The notes: generated by a model from the sequence alone, not told the origin. A stretch of 54,546 nucleotides of DNA from Octopus bimaculoides (GCF_001194135.2 NC_068982.1:169245501-169300046), one strand, 5' to 3'; counted from the stretch's first letter, positions 13,040 through 26,506 are shown. A program made the numbers and translations.

Positions 13040-14136
13040 ACAAAAAAGAGAGTACATTTGTGGACCAGAAGTGAGAGTGTGTGGGCGAGTGATTTCATAC
13101 GAAACTAATTGAATGAGACTACATACACAGGTAAAAGCGGCAAAGGATATCATTTGTTATAGATTATATCAGCAAAGAGAAAATACCATCCATTTAATAA
13201 TACAAATAATTTACTTCTTGTTATATTGCTATTCATAATAATTAAATTCTATGTTACATTCATTTATTTGCAATTTCGTTTAATTTGTTGGCTAAATTAT
13301 CTCTAGGGATTGTATCAGTTTCATACAGATTCCAGTTAGGTTAAGGAGGAGGATGTATGTGTATTCATAGACATACATATATATGTATATGCCAGCATGA
13401 AAAGCAGACATTAAATGATGGTGATGCACACACACAAAGTGTGTGTGTCTTTTCAAAGGGAGTGCTCCTTGTTTTATTTCAAACTGTATCAACAGAAGTA
13501 TGCAATTTTCATGCAATTACAATTTGTGAATCAGATATAGACTAAAACAACTAAGATTTCGCAGGTCATTTATCCCAATATATGCTTTCATCAGCTTCAA
13601 ATTGCAATTCATTCTTTAAGCTCCACCCTGTCTTATTAATATTATATTATACTTCTCCGGTTAATATCTGTAATATTTTTCTTTAACTCTCATTACTACA
13701 TGCCTTCTTTGACATACCTCTCAGCTATCTACCACCTTAAGGTACTATGTGTCAACTTAACATTCATACAGATTATTTGATATCATTATTGTGCCATTAA
13801 TAACTAACTCACAAAGCCTTACAATAACTAGCTAAACCAGTTTTCAAACAATATCAAAGTGATCAGCCCATCTTGATCACGTTTCTTATGTCATGGTCTA
13901 CTACAGAACAGTGAACAAACCACTCACACGCCTACAAAATAGGACATTTTTGAAAAGAGAACATACCTAAGAAAGCAGTGTGAATGTCTCTGTTCATAAT
14001 GGGTACCACTCCCACATCAAGCTGAGCAGTTAAAGGTGAAAGACATTTCTGTGCAAAATGATTGCTTCAACAGTATTGAAATATTTAAATGGCCAACACC
14101 TATCTGACACATATGCTGACTTAAAAAAATAGATCA

Positions 14137-14800
14137 ACATCATTTAACATCCATTTTCCATGCTGGCATGGGTTAGACGGTTTGACTGGAACTGGTAAAC
14201 TGGAGAACAGCAGAGATCTGCATTGGCTAGGCTTGGCTTCTATAACTGGATGCTCTTCTTAACACCAACCACCCAACAGAGTGTACTGAGTGTCTTTTAC
14301 GTGTCTCTGGCATGGGTGCCTTTTACGTGCCACCGGCATGGGTGCCTTTTACGTGCCCCTCGCATGGGTGCCTTTTACGTGCCCCTCGCATGGGTGCCTT
14401 TTACGTGCCCCCAGCATGAGTGCCTTTTACGTGCCACCGGTATAGGTGTCTTTTACGTGTCACCAGCAAGAGTGTCTTTTATGAGTCACCAGCAAGAGTG
14501 TCTTTTATGAGTCACCAGCAAGAGTATCTTCCATGCATCACTGGCAAGAGTATCTTCCATGCATCACTGGCAAGAGTATCTTTCATATGTCACTGGCGCT
14601 GGCTACAACTATGATTTCACTTAGCTTGACAGGTCTTCTCAAGACAGCAAAATGCCACAAGTGTTGGTCACTTGTCATCACTTCCATGAGACTCAACATC
14701 CAAAGATCATATTTCACCACCTTGTCTCAAGTCTTCCTGGGTCCACCCCTTCCACAGGTTCCCTGCACAGTTACAGATTGACACTTCTTTATGCAGCTGT
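14137..14800 (-). mobile_element. RTE LINE 3' end containing a 26-bp minisatellite
   Basis: The minus strand reads DSCIKKCQSVTVQGTCGRGGPRKT*DKVVKYDLWMLSLMEVMTSDQHLW, a decayed RTE C-terminal GRGRPRKTW motif. Confidence 0.8.
14288..14599. repeat. Minisatellite, 12 x 26 bp
   Basis: Units were counted directly at 14288, 14314, 14340 ... 14574. Units 3=4, 8=9 and 10=11 are identical pairs. Confidence 0.95.
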
Positions 14801-14984
14801 CCTTGTGCAACAATTTTAATTTGATAATTCATATAAGACTGGCATTTGTGAAACTATTTCAAACCTTAAAAGTTATATAATTGCTGTCCATTCAAAAGTA
14901 CTGCTTAGTTACCCAATATCAATCAACTACAGTTGTAATTAATAATTCAAAATACTACTTAATTTAAGTTAAACATTTATTTAA

Positions 14985-15622
14985 GATACATGTGACTGTA
15001 TGACAAGAAGTCTGCTCCCAACCACAGGGTTCTCAGTTCAACCCAACTGTGTGGCGCCTTGGGCAAGTGTCATTTACTAAAGCCCCTAGCTGACCAAAAC
15101 CTTGTGAGTGGATTTGATAGATGGAAACACAAAGAAGCCCATTGTGTGTATGTGCGTGTGCATGCATTTTTGTGTTTGTCCTCTACCACTGCTTGATAAC
15201 TGATGCTGGTTTGTCTACATCCCTGTAACTTAATGGTTTGGCAAAAAGAGACTAACAGAATAAGTACCAGGGATATAATTGTCTATAATTAGGTGTGGTA
15301 AGAAGCTTGTTTCCTGACCACATGGTCCTGGATTCAATCCCACTGTGTGGCACCTTGGGCAAATGTCTACTACAGCCTTGAGCTGACCAAAGCCTTGTCT
15401 ATGTATATATATGTGTGTATGTGTTTTATGTCTGTGTTTGTCGCCCACCACTGCTTGACAGCTGATGTTGGTGTATTTACATCCCTGTAACATAGTGGTT
15501 TGACAAAAGAGACTGATAGAATAAGTACAAGGCTTGAAAAACACAAAAAAGGACAGGTAAATTCATTGGACTAAAAATTCTTCAAGGTGGCCACAATCTC
15601 ACAATTGAAACAAATAAAAGTT
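14985..15622 (+). mobile_element. Two tandem copies of a tRNA-derived SINE
   Basis: The caccttgggcaagtgtc...caaagccttgtgagtggatttg head and the gcaaaagagactgatagaataagtac body each occur twice (about 14985-15275 and 15290-15622). Confidence 0.75.
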
Positions 15623-15981
15623 GTTTTGGGTCCATTTTGCTTTATTTGCAGGAGTTGAACAGGTCTTACCACAGGTGGTGGTTCCTCATCTGACACACGA
15701 AAATTTTCTGTCATGTATATCATGTTCTTTGGCATGGTTTTTGTGACTAAAAGCCCTTTCTATTACCAACTACTTTATGGCATGAGCTGGCTGAGTTTTA
15801 TTGTACCATCAATAGTACAGAGGCTGACGGTGCCACAACTACAGAGTTCCCGCTCACCTGTAAACTTGTATCCATTTATATTTGGTGTAACTTCCCTCCT
15901 AAATGGGCTGCATTAGCTGCGTCCACATTTTCATTTCTTTCTTTTTTTTTTTTTGTCATGCTTTCAGCTCTCATTTTGGGC

Positions 15982-16590
15982 CTTTGGGGTTTGACGGGCA
16001 ACATTTGTTTTCTTAACGAAACACTTTCAAACTTGGGACACTGGTAGAATGTGTCATATAAAACAACAACTTCTCTTAACCTTCTTAACAAAAAATTGTA
16101 CATCGCAAGTTATTTTATGTTAAAGTTGTCGTATTTCTGTAATTTCAACCAATCACTGACGTCTATTGAGGTGAAGACAATTAATGCCGTAACGGTGTCA
16201 TGGGATCTTTTCCCTTGAATAAAATTAGTCCCGTTGTTTGTCAACAACTACAACCCNNNNNNNNNNAATTATATCATTATTCCCTAGTAAGGGTTTAGGG
16301 TTTTAGGGTTAGGGTTGGGGTTAGGGTTGTAGTTGTTGACAAACAACGGGACTAATTTTATTCAAGGGAAAAGATCCCATGACACCGTTACGGCATTAAT
16401 TGTCTTCACCTCAATAGACGTCAGTGATTGGTTGAAATTACTGAAATACGACAATTTTTTACATAAAATAACTTTGAATACAAAATTTTTTATCTGTCCT
16501 ATACCACAAAATATACAAATATTCGAAGTTTGAAAGTGTTTCGGTACCAAAAACACTACAAAAAAAAATGTTGCCCGTCAAACCCCAAAG
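15982..16590. mobile_element. Foldback/palindromic element with (TTAGGG)n-like centre
   Basis: Outer arms are ctttggggtttgacgggcaacat / atgttgcccgtcaaaccccaaag. Inner arms 16107-16256 and 16324-16474 are near-perfect. The centre has agggtttagggttttagggttagggttggggttagggtt and a 10-N gap (16257-16266). Confidence 0.7.
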
Positions 16591-16696
16591 ATCCCTCATT
16601 TTTTGCAGGAGCCACTGAGACATATGGTGCTTGGGCATCTAAATCTGGCAAAAGTCAATTCCTCCCCAGGTCTGATCAGAGCAAATTTCTGTGCGT

Positions 16697-16945
16697 GTGT
16701 GAGTGAGTGAGTGAGTGAGTGAGAGAGAGAGAGAGAGTGAGAGAGTGAGGGAGGGAGAGAGAGAGAGAGAGAGNNNNNNNNNNNNNNNNNNNNNNNNNNN
16801 NNNNNNNNNNNNNNNNNNAGAGTGAGAGAGTGAGTGAGGGAGAGAGTGAGAGAGTGAGGGAGGGAGGGGGAGAGAGAGAGAGAGAGAGAGAGTGAGAGAG
16901 AGCGAGAGAGAGAGTGAGAGAGAGCGAGAGAGAGCGAGAGAGCGA
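16697..16945. repeat. Compound (GT/GA)n low-complexity tract with N gap 16774-16818
   Basis: Seen directly. Confidence 0.95.
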
Positions 16946-19900
16946 GAAAGTTGACTGGTATTTATTTATTGAACTCAAAAGGATGAAAAGTAAAGCTGAT
17001 CTTTGTGGAATTTGAACTTAGGTACACAAAACTAAAACAAATCCTGTTAAGGCATTCTATCCAATATTTTAATGACTACCAAACCACCACCTTAGAATTC
17101 ATTTTTTTCTTTTGTTTGAATATAAATGTATAAAACTGCAGGCAATAATTGAGGGACCTTGACCTCAAAGACAAGGCATAGTGAAGTTAAATGATTGATT
17201 CTGCCAACCAAAAACTCTAAAGTATAAATTGAAGTCTCTTTCTCCCTCTCTATTACTATTATTATTATTATTATTATTATTATTAGCAAAACGATGTAAA
17301 CCAAAATATCATTTAGCTTAATATGCATTATGGAGTTTAGCTTTTTCAAGAAGGACATGTTAGCAGCCATGAAGAGTATTTTTAGAATACAATGTGTTAT
17401 ATTTTATTGAACAAAAATCAATGTTAGCATTGTACATGTGTGCTGATGCATAGGTATTGTCGAAAGTTTTATACACTCATTGATATAGTCTCAGGTACGA
17501 ATTAATCAGAACAAATAAATTATTCCAAGTCCTATAAAAAAAAATTGTCATTGGTATAATTTAGGGTATCATACAGATTAGTCTTTTTCTAATGAAAGAG
17601 AGAGTGAGAAAGAAAGAAAACAGGTGTAGGTGTGCACCTAATAACAGTATAGTGGTATGTCGTACTTTCAGATTGTTGGAAACAGGTTTCTATACACACC
17701 CAGTAGAAAGTGTCAGTGTAACTTAAACAGTACTGGATATGTTGTATGTTAGTGTGTGTATGCGGAGCTATTTATTATAACCTCTTTAACCGACCTTCAT
17801 ACCTCCCTTTCTCTCCTAAGTAGGCTATCTGATTAGCAAGCTTTCTAGTTAAACAGACTTGAAGCCAAACTCACTCCAGTATAATATCACTTTAAACATA
17901 CGTTGCTAGTATCACTCAGTGAAAGTAGAAAGCTAATTGTGAAGGTAAGTATATTATAAAATAGAACACTACAGAGGTAATAATATCAGTTATAAAGCAC
18001 CAAGAGATAGAAGCAAACAACAGGATTCAATTTGTTGATATATCAACTTGGATTTACACCGCATTTTTTTTTTTATGTGAATCTGAGAAGACAACTGATA
18101 TGATGGTCATAGCTAAAATACCTTTGATCAGTAATATATTTGATCAAGGCTGATCTGGGTTCAAACAACAACTACTTAAAATGAAGTAGCATCATGTCTT
18201 GGAATATTCAGCAACAGAATTTGTATAAATTAGTGGTGGTCTGTATTTTATAAAGTTTCTCATACTAAAATAATTCCATGTGCTACAAAAAAAAAAAAAA
18301 TGCAATACTTCAGGTTGTACTCAAACGGACTAACAATTTGGTTTTCTTTGTTGCTGTGCAGAACAAAAAGTCTATACTGTTTCATGAACTTGAAGTTAAA
18401 GCCTTATAAGTTATAGAGAAAACAATGTAAAAAATTATGAAAACTTACTTTTATACAACTACATCTGACTAGTGTTAGCTGGAAAAATATATGTTAAACC
18501 ACAAAAATCATGTAAAATGAAATATAAAATTTATGCGATCTATTTTCGGTGTTTAGTAAGATGACAAATTTATGACAACAGTCAAGCTGCTTTTACGCTG
18601 TGTATGGTTATGGAGAAAAAAATTCTTTAATTTGAATAAACAAAGATTATATACCTTTGATAGCAACAAAAGTAGATCAAGTACACTAGAATAAGCAAAA
18701 CAAATCAGTTAAGACTAACACCTTAGAAATTAAAACCTTTGAAGTAGTGAGCGACAAGTGACAAATTTACAATTTTTCAGGCTTTTTTTTTTTTTGTCCC
18801 TTATTGTTTATTTTGTCAATAATACTCAAACTAACAGCATTAAAAAAAACATTACCTCACCACAGACCTTAAAGACAAAACATCAATAAATTCTAATACA
18901 AAGTACAACGTTAAACCTAAGTTCTATGTTTTGCCTGCTACTTTCAGTGGATGAAGACTTTTCAAACTGATCGGATTTGACACTTTTAACTACCACACTC
19001 TTCCTATATCAAATGACTTGATGGTGGAAGAAGTACATCATTCTCCACCTCATTCAAGCATAAAGTCAACAATTTCAGAGTAGAGTGTATGTAACATAGT
19101 TCAGAGTTGATTACAGTATGACATATTTTTGATGTTTGATTTGTTACCAACATCAGATACTCCAAATCAAGAATTAAAGAATAAAACAAGGAAGGTCTTC
19201 ACCGAATTAGAAAGGCAATTGATTAGGTCAATGCTTCTCCATAGTCATTCCACCAACTAAAGATAGCAGTCAAATCCCTCAAATCACCCCTGTCATCTTT
19301 CAAAAATAAAGAGAACATATTGGATAATGTAGCCAGAGATAACCTAAGCCTGAAAGACCAGGTGGCCAGAGCTAAAATGTCTTTGATAAAAGGTCTGCCC
19401 TGCAGATAAACAACAACAGAATAATAAAAGATGTAAACACTAACAGTGACGGAGGTTGTAAACATGAACATTTTTTGATATTTTCATCTACCAACAATAC
19501 CCTTCTATCTTTAAATCATTATCATCTCAAGTAAAAGGAAAAAAACTTTCCATTTGATATCCACAGACATCTGTATTTAATCAAATCGACCAAATGTATA
19601 ATTATATTTCAAGTGTCTTTAATGGCAAAAAAGTTATATTAATTTTTAAATATTTGTCATTTTTTATGAAGTTTCTTTTCTTGAGGAGAACACTTCTTCA
19701 GAGATAGGAACTATTCTGCTTATGATGAACTAAAAACTTATTAATCATATATGATTTAGAGCAAACCACTTAAGACTCTGGTGTCAATTTTGCACTATGC
19801 TTAAAAATAATATTCTGGACATTATTGAAATAATTACCATAATAGTCTTTCAATAAATTGCTGGAAAAGATACATTTCTTCTTCTACATTCCACAATTTG

Positions 19901-20018
19901 AATTTTTGTTTAAATGCATACACTTATTCCTTTTCTTTATCAAACCAATAATTGTTTGTTTATGTCCTTGCAGACAGATATTTAAGCCGTTCAGTCAAAA
20001 AAAAAAAAAAAAAAAAAA

Positions 20019-20435
20019 NNNNNNNNNNNNNNNNNNNNNNNNNNNNNNNNNNNNNNNNNNNNNNNNNNNNNNNNNNNNNNNNNNNNNNNNNNNNNNNNNN
20101 NNNNNNNNNNNNNNNNNNNNNNNNNNNNNNNNNNNNNNNNNNNNNNNNNNNNNNNNNNNNNNNNNNNNNNNNNNNNNNNNNNNNNNNNNNNNNNNNNNNN
20201 NNNNNNNNNNNNNNNNNNNNNNNNNNNNNNNNNNNNNNNNNNNNNNNNNNNNNNNNNNNNNNNNNNNNNNNNNNNNNNNNNNNNNNNNNNNNNNNNNNNN
20301 NNNNNNNNNNNNNNNNNNNNNNNNNNNNNNNNNNNNNNNNNNNNNNNNNNNNNNNNNNNNNNNNNNNNNNNNNNNNNNNNNNNNNNNNNNNNNNNNNNNN
20401 NNNNNNNNNNNNNNNNNNNNNNNNNNNNNNNNNNN
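20019..20435. other. Assembly gap flanked by poly-A on both sides (other gaps: 9133-9190, 16257-16266, 16774-16818, 47473-47725)
   Basis: Runs of N. Confidence 1.
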
Positions 20436-20789
20436 AAAAAAAAAAAAAACAGAAGAAAATATTAATTTGAGGATTAAACACAAAATTCTTGAAATGCTCA
20501 AAGTATTGCTGATGCATCATTGACGCATATACTGAAGCTTTTACTCCAACTTATTCCCTTTTTTCATGGTCACCATTTAATGTCTGTTTTCTATGCTGGC
20601 ATGGGTTGGACAGTTTGACAGGAGCCAGCAAGCCAGAGAGCTGTGCCAGGCTCCAATTATCTGCTTTGGCATTGTTTCTATGGCTGGATGCCCTTCCTAA
20701 TGCCAACCACTTTCCAGAGTGTACTGGGTGCTTTTTATGTGGTACCAGCATGGCATGTGTGCTTTATATGTGGCACCATTTCAAAATTA

Positions 20790-21380
20790 TAATTTTCAAA
20801 TGGTCAAGTAAAAATCATTTTGTAGAACAAAATTCTTTTCTGTGTTTTTTCATCTCAATAAATTGGATATCTTTACTAATACCAGTTTACTCATTGAGCT
20901 GAATACTAGAAACTCAACTTGCTTTTATTATAGAAATCACTTGCTTTTTAAGAACTCTCAAAAAATATAGCCAATATGACTATTGATGATATCATTTGAC
21001 AATGGAATATGCTGCAACTTCTTAACATTATCATCTCCATACGTAATATAGACTATATTGCTAGTTTTACAAGGTCCTTTCCAATCATATGAAGGGGTGG
21101 GTCTTTTTTTTCTATCTACAAAGAAACCTCACTGAAATTATCTCTCTTGCTTGTTACTGTTTTAGATTTTAAACATTTATTGAGGGAATTTTTGTTTATT
21201 AATTGCAAGGAGAATCACAGTTAACCCAAGCTCTTCAACTTGCTGTATTACAGATGCTAGACACTACAATGTGTAAAATACATAGTTTGGGCTTTATTTT
21301 TAAATTTAGAATATAACCATTGTCATTGTATTATCCATTCCTATTTGAGAGTTGAATATTTAATGCTAGGAAGTTACATA
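20790..21380 (-). pseudogene. hAT (Buster/Charlie, ZBED5/8-like) transposase fossil
   Basis: With frameshifts the minus strand gives PLHMIGKDLVKLA (cf. KPHTIGEELVKPA), VKKLQHIPLSNDIINSHI (cf. KKLKTIPLSNNTISRRI) and SIQLNE*TGISKDIQ (cf. AIQLDESTDISNCAQ). The upstream extent is less certain. Confidence 0.7.
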
Positions 21381-22193
21381 AATGCACAAATCTATGAAAG
21401 AATGTCCAGGAATGATTAATTAACACAGAAAAGGATTAAAAACAGTAAAAAAATTCTAAATATTTCAGAGAGAGGAATATATTTAGCAATGCTTTAAAAT
21501 CACAAATTTGTTACTATCTAGCTAACTGATAATTATTTGAAACATGTTAGCTGGTTAAATGAATATATAAGGTCACACAGGAATATGAATGTATGTATGC
21601 ACACACACAACTACATATGTGCACACATGCTCACATAAACAAAAGTGCACATATATCTGTACACATGCACATACACACATATTTACATGTCTTATTCTAT
21701 ACATGCAAGCAATAGTTGAATCTATTAGGTTGAACAAGTAATATTTATTTACAGGATTTCCTATGTTAAATACAAGAACATCGACTGTAATAAGGCCAAT
21801 GTTAGCAGTAATACTTCAAACATGCCAATCAACCAGATGGCAATTAGCTTTTGTTTAACTATTTAGCAAAGAAATATTCATTCTTATTCTCTTTTGCTAA
21901 AGTCACGACCTCTTCACTGACCTCACCAGTTTAAGGAAATTTAGACTTGTGTCCAATTTTCCAACATTATTAGTGATATCAATGGTTCATTTTGATGCAA
22001 GCAGACAAGCTTTGTTAACATGATAAATAAGAAGTGTGTGATCCGTAATAGTACACACACACACATATATATATATATTCATCATCTGAAGTATCACATG
22101 TAGCAAGAACAAGAAATTGAACATTAATTTTGAAAGAATAAGCTACTAGATGTATTGAATAATGTTCCCTGTTTATAAATACAAATGTATGTT

Positions 22194-22237
<44 letters not shown>

Positions 22238-22579
22238 TATAATTACAGCTGTGTTAAAAGTGTTTTGTTTCAATGGCATACCGTACTACAGGATATATCT
22301 AAAGATTTTAGCCAACATACAAAAAATATTGTCTTTATCTGCCAAACCTTTATGGACAGAAAATGAAAGGTCAGCTGGACTATTCCAATCCTGTGTTGGT
22401 CTTTCAACAGCAGCCAAATATCCTTTTTAAATGTCCACAGATACACTACCAATAAACTCACAATTAATAAGAATCTGAAGTGCATGCAGGTGCAAATACA
22501 TGGTCAAACCTGACTGACAGAGACTCTGATTATAAGACCAAAATGCAAGATATTCAACATTGAGAGTAAGAGTAAAGTG

Positions 22580-22918
22580 TAAAGACCCCCTTCAGTCATG
22601 AATGGCCATAGGATTACACCTAAAAGGTTACCTTCAGAGGCTCAAGTCTTGGCAAGACTCTTTACGGAAGACCAAAAGTGACCTATGCATACTAGTCTCC
22701 CCTCTCCATGCCACCAATGTTATCCAAGGGAAAGGCAAAGGCCAATATAGCTTGGCATCAGTGACATCACAACTCATTTCTACAGCTGAGTAAATTGGAG
22801 CAATGTGAAATAAAGTGTCTTGCTCAAGAACACAATACACATCCCAGTCCAGGAATCCAACCCACTATCTCATAATTATGAGCCTGACACTCTAACCACT
22901 GACCCATGCACCTTCACA
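22580..22918 (-). mobile_element. tRNA-headed SINE (second family)
   Basis: The head gtgtcttgctcaagaacacaa...ctaaccact is shared with about 30540-30665 and 54060-54175. Confidence 0.65.
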
Positions 22919-23620
22919 ATATTCAGCACTAAATGCAGAATATTCTGTCAATTACTTTAAGACATCTGATATCCACTTCAGATGTGAAAGCCAAATTAGA
23001 ATATATTTCCTCAATGAATCAGAATATAGTTTCTAAACATAATCTGCTTTGCACTACATTGTTCAGCTGGCTGGTACTATGTCACTGTTCTTAGTTACTC
23101 TGACAATACAAGAATCATGCTTCTATATTCTAATGATTGTCATAACTAAGACAATCATTTTAGACTTACTTGGATAAGTAATGCAGTATAGAATAAAATG
23201 GATTATAAAAGCATGGTTATAGTACATGAATAAAGAACACAATAGTTCTTTCATATCACTGGTTTTAGAAATTGGTCAGAACAAATGGTTAATGATAATA
23301 TTTGTTCCAACTGTGTAATTAATGTAGTAATATATGTGGCTAGGCAGAACCCAACCATATCAATATAAAAAAATGGCTCCTCTTATAAGAGTGTGTAGGT
23401 AGGTTTGACCCCACAGTGTGTACATTAGGTAAATGTCTTCAACCAAAGCCTTGGATTGAATCAACTAGTGTGTGTGTGTGTGTGTGTGTGTTAATGTGTG
23501 GAGAGACAAAGAGGAATGTGAGAGTGTGGGGAGAAGAGGAGTGTGTGGAGAAGAGGAGTGTGTGTAGAGAGAGAGAGGGTAAGAGAGTAAAGAGAGTAAG
23601 AGAGACAGATTGTGAAAGTG

Positions 23621-23658
<38 letters not shown>

Positions 23659-24399
23659 TGTGTGTGCATGTGAATACTTTGAAAGATATTTACTTCCTTA
23701 AAAGGAGACAAGTTCCAAAGACTAAATACTGAGGAGGGTTGATCTGATGAAAACAATTGGAGATGGTCCCCCAATAAGGCCACAGTCTAATGACTGAAAC
23801 CAATAAAATACAACCTTGATTATACGCAAAACAAAAGCAGAAAAAAAAAATTTCATAATTTTCTAACAAAATGTAAAAAAAGCACATTGAAAAGGTCAAC
23901 TGGGTCAAAGTTTTGCCAAACAAATAAAAACAAAAATTTCAATCATATAATGACATGTTATTTTAAAAGTCACGATTATTTTTGTAATAAATCTTAAAGG
24001 GTGAGGGGGAAATACACAAACTCAATTTTAAGTGCTGGACTTAAGGTCAATATTTTTAACTAAGGGTGTTATTGTGCTAGTCTATTGTAGAATATAACTA
24101 AGAATACCATTTACCATTGCCAACACAGCCACTACTACTACTACTACAACCAACAAAAAATGCCCCCACATGGACTATTGACACTAGTAAGGAACAATTA
24201 TGAACTTTTCATTTAATTTCATTTTTTTAAATATGTATTTTTGATAAGGTTCGTTTTTACAAGAACCGAAACATGTTAAAAATATCTCTGACAAAATTTT
24301 AAATTAAAATTCATTTTTTATATATTGGCGTTTTCAAACTTTTTTTTAATAAATAACTAAGAATATATTCACTTTTTAAGGAGACAGCTGCCGACAGAT

Positions 24400-24730
24400 C
24401 ATGGTACACAACTTTTGCTCTAGCCTAAACATGGATATCACGATCATGATCATTATCAATCCTCTAGGCAGGGAGTCTTGGATAGAAAAGGGTGGGGTTC
24501 TCCTGTTACTCTGCTCTAGCTTCAGTACACATCAGCCATATGTTTTGTCACATCTGTTTTCTTTGCCAGATGTTTAACATTGATAATGGTTATCTTAATG
24601 TTTCCCCCTGGGTCTTCTTGGATCATTTTTAGTACTATTTTGGGTATTTTTCTTTCTAACTGGAGATGTTCAAGTAGCTTGTATGGCAATCCTGACTAAT
24701 CCATTCATTTCATATAACCATATCTGTCCA
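24400..24730 (-). pseudogene. Old RTE LINE C-terminal fragment
   Basis: The minus strand reads YGYMK*MD*SGLPYKLL...PRRPRGKH*DN, resembling GHVKRMDESRLPKRLL...RGRPRKTWEDN. Confidence 0.5.
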
Positions 24731-25934
24731 ACTGATGTTTGTGAATTTACTAAAAGATAGTCAGGTAATAAAGGCAAATTTACTTGATTCCACAGCAGGT
24801 TAATCCACACTATATCTAAAAGATATGTCTTAGATCTCTAACATATACAAATTACTCTAAAATAATAGAATCAATGAGGAAGTTTATGTGATTACTTGAC
24901 ATACAAGAAATAACAGCCAAATATCCCTCAAATCATACTCTTCCATCTTCTATAATGTAGGCCAGCACACTCTTAAGAAAACAAGACCATGGCTGGATTG
25001 CCTCTGATTATATGCCTGTTGATCTAGAATGCTTATGACTGAGAACCATACATAAACACAAATTGTGTTACATGTAGCAAAGAATAGATTAGTTGATCCA
25101 GGTTTCCTTGGTCAAAAAAGGAATGCAACTTAGTAGCAGGATGTTTTTTCAACCATAACCACCATTTACCTGAACAATAAGAAATACTGTTAAATTGTAA
25201 AAACTACAAAAATTGGTGGGGTAGAGTGAGAGAAAGGAAATTGGTGAGAGTTAAGCAACCACTGTAAAGATTAGTCATTTAAACAATGTAATGAATTAGT
25301 CTTAATCATTTGTTAAAAATTGCCTTATATTATAAGGATATTATCTAATGTAACAGGGGAAATAGTCATTCAATTAAACACAACAGACGATAACTCAATG
25401 ACAGGTGCCTTGTTTGTGACATACAAATTGTAGGCCAAGAACAAAAAAATCCATTATCAAAGTCAGCATGGCTTCAGTTGCACATAATTGGTTGATTCTA
25501 GGTATGGGGTTTATGACAAGTTTACAAAAACAATACGAGTTTCTTAGAATACTCATTCTCAGTGGGGTAATGGAATTTAATTTGAGCTGTTAACTATCTA
25601 AATTCTTTCAGATATTAAATGGTGTACTTATTTAGGTCTTTAGATACCAATAATACTGCTGCTGACATTTCAATGACAATGATATTTTATGCAATGATTG
25701 CTAAGAAAATTGGTAATTTTAATAAAAAATACTAACAACTGAAAAAACAGTTACTTTTTATTGATGGTTTCTTGAGTAGCAGACTGAAAAGGCACATACC
25801 AAGTGATTAGGCAACTGGGTTCTTGGTCATAAAGTCATGGGTTCAATTCCCTGTCCAAGAGGCATAGTTTCCTTGGACAAAGCACTTCACATTGTTCCAG
25901 TCTATTCATCTGGTAAAAATGCACCTAGTTACCT

Positions 25935-26506
25935 CTAACTCCTTAGCATTTAAACCAGTAATGCCCAGCCAAAATACTCTAGGCACAGGAGTGGCTGTGT
26001 GGTAAGTAGCTTGCTTACCAACCAAATGGTTCCGGGTTCAATCGCACTGCATGGCACCTTGGGCAAGTGTCTTCAACTATAGCCTCGGGCTGACCAAAGC
26101 CTTGTGAGTGGATCTGGTAGACGGAAACTGAAAGAAGCCCGTCATGTATGTGTGCGTGTGTGCATCTTTGTGTGTCTGTGTTTGTCTCCCCACCATTGCT
26201 TAACAACTGATGTTGGTGTGTTCATGTCCCCGTAATTTAGCGGTTCAGCAAGAGACAGAAAGAATAAGTACTAGGCTTACAAAGAATAAGTACTGTGGTC
26301 GAGTTGTTCAACTAAAGGCAGTGCTCCAGCATGGCCGCAGTCAAATGAATGAAACAAATAAAAGAATATTTGTTTTGTGTCCAAACTGGCCAAATCTGGC
26401 TACTCACACATTACAATGTCATTCTAAAAATAAACTACCACATCATCAGAATCTTGAAGCTACAAGATAATTCATGATTAATTCGAAACAGCGTGAAAAG
26501 GGTTAA
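25935..26506. mobile_element. TTAA-type (piggyBac-like) MITE interrupted by a SINE
   Basis: Ends are taactccttagcattt...aaaagggttaa. The body matches 26820-27147, 50088-50330 and 52690-52905. Confidence 0.65.
25981..26368 (+). mobile_element. Near full-length tRNA-derived SINE
   Basis: ggcacaggagtggctgtgtggtaag...ggttcaatcgc head, a microsatellite, and a ...gcatggccgcagtcaaatga..gaaacaa.taaaaga tail. Copies occur at 37987-38318, 28390-28512 and 30272-30400 (minus) and 53685-53870 and 54402-54540 (plus). Confidence 0.85.

Noticed and set aside
16287-16330. True telomere or chromosome fusion site
   Set aside because: There are only a few degenerate TTAGGG units inside a palindromic element, with ordinary sequence on both sides.
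19223-19471. Minus-strand ORF with a ctgcag acceptor
   Set aside because: The other two frames are closed, there is no ferlin similarity, and half of it is an interspersed repeat (19235-19335).
19858-20523. ORFs spanning N runs (also 16676-16978 and 47200-47916)
   Set aside because: They are open only because N translates as X.
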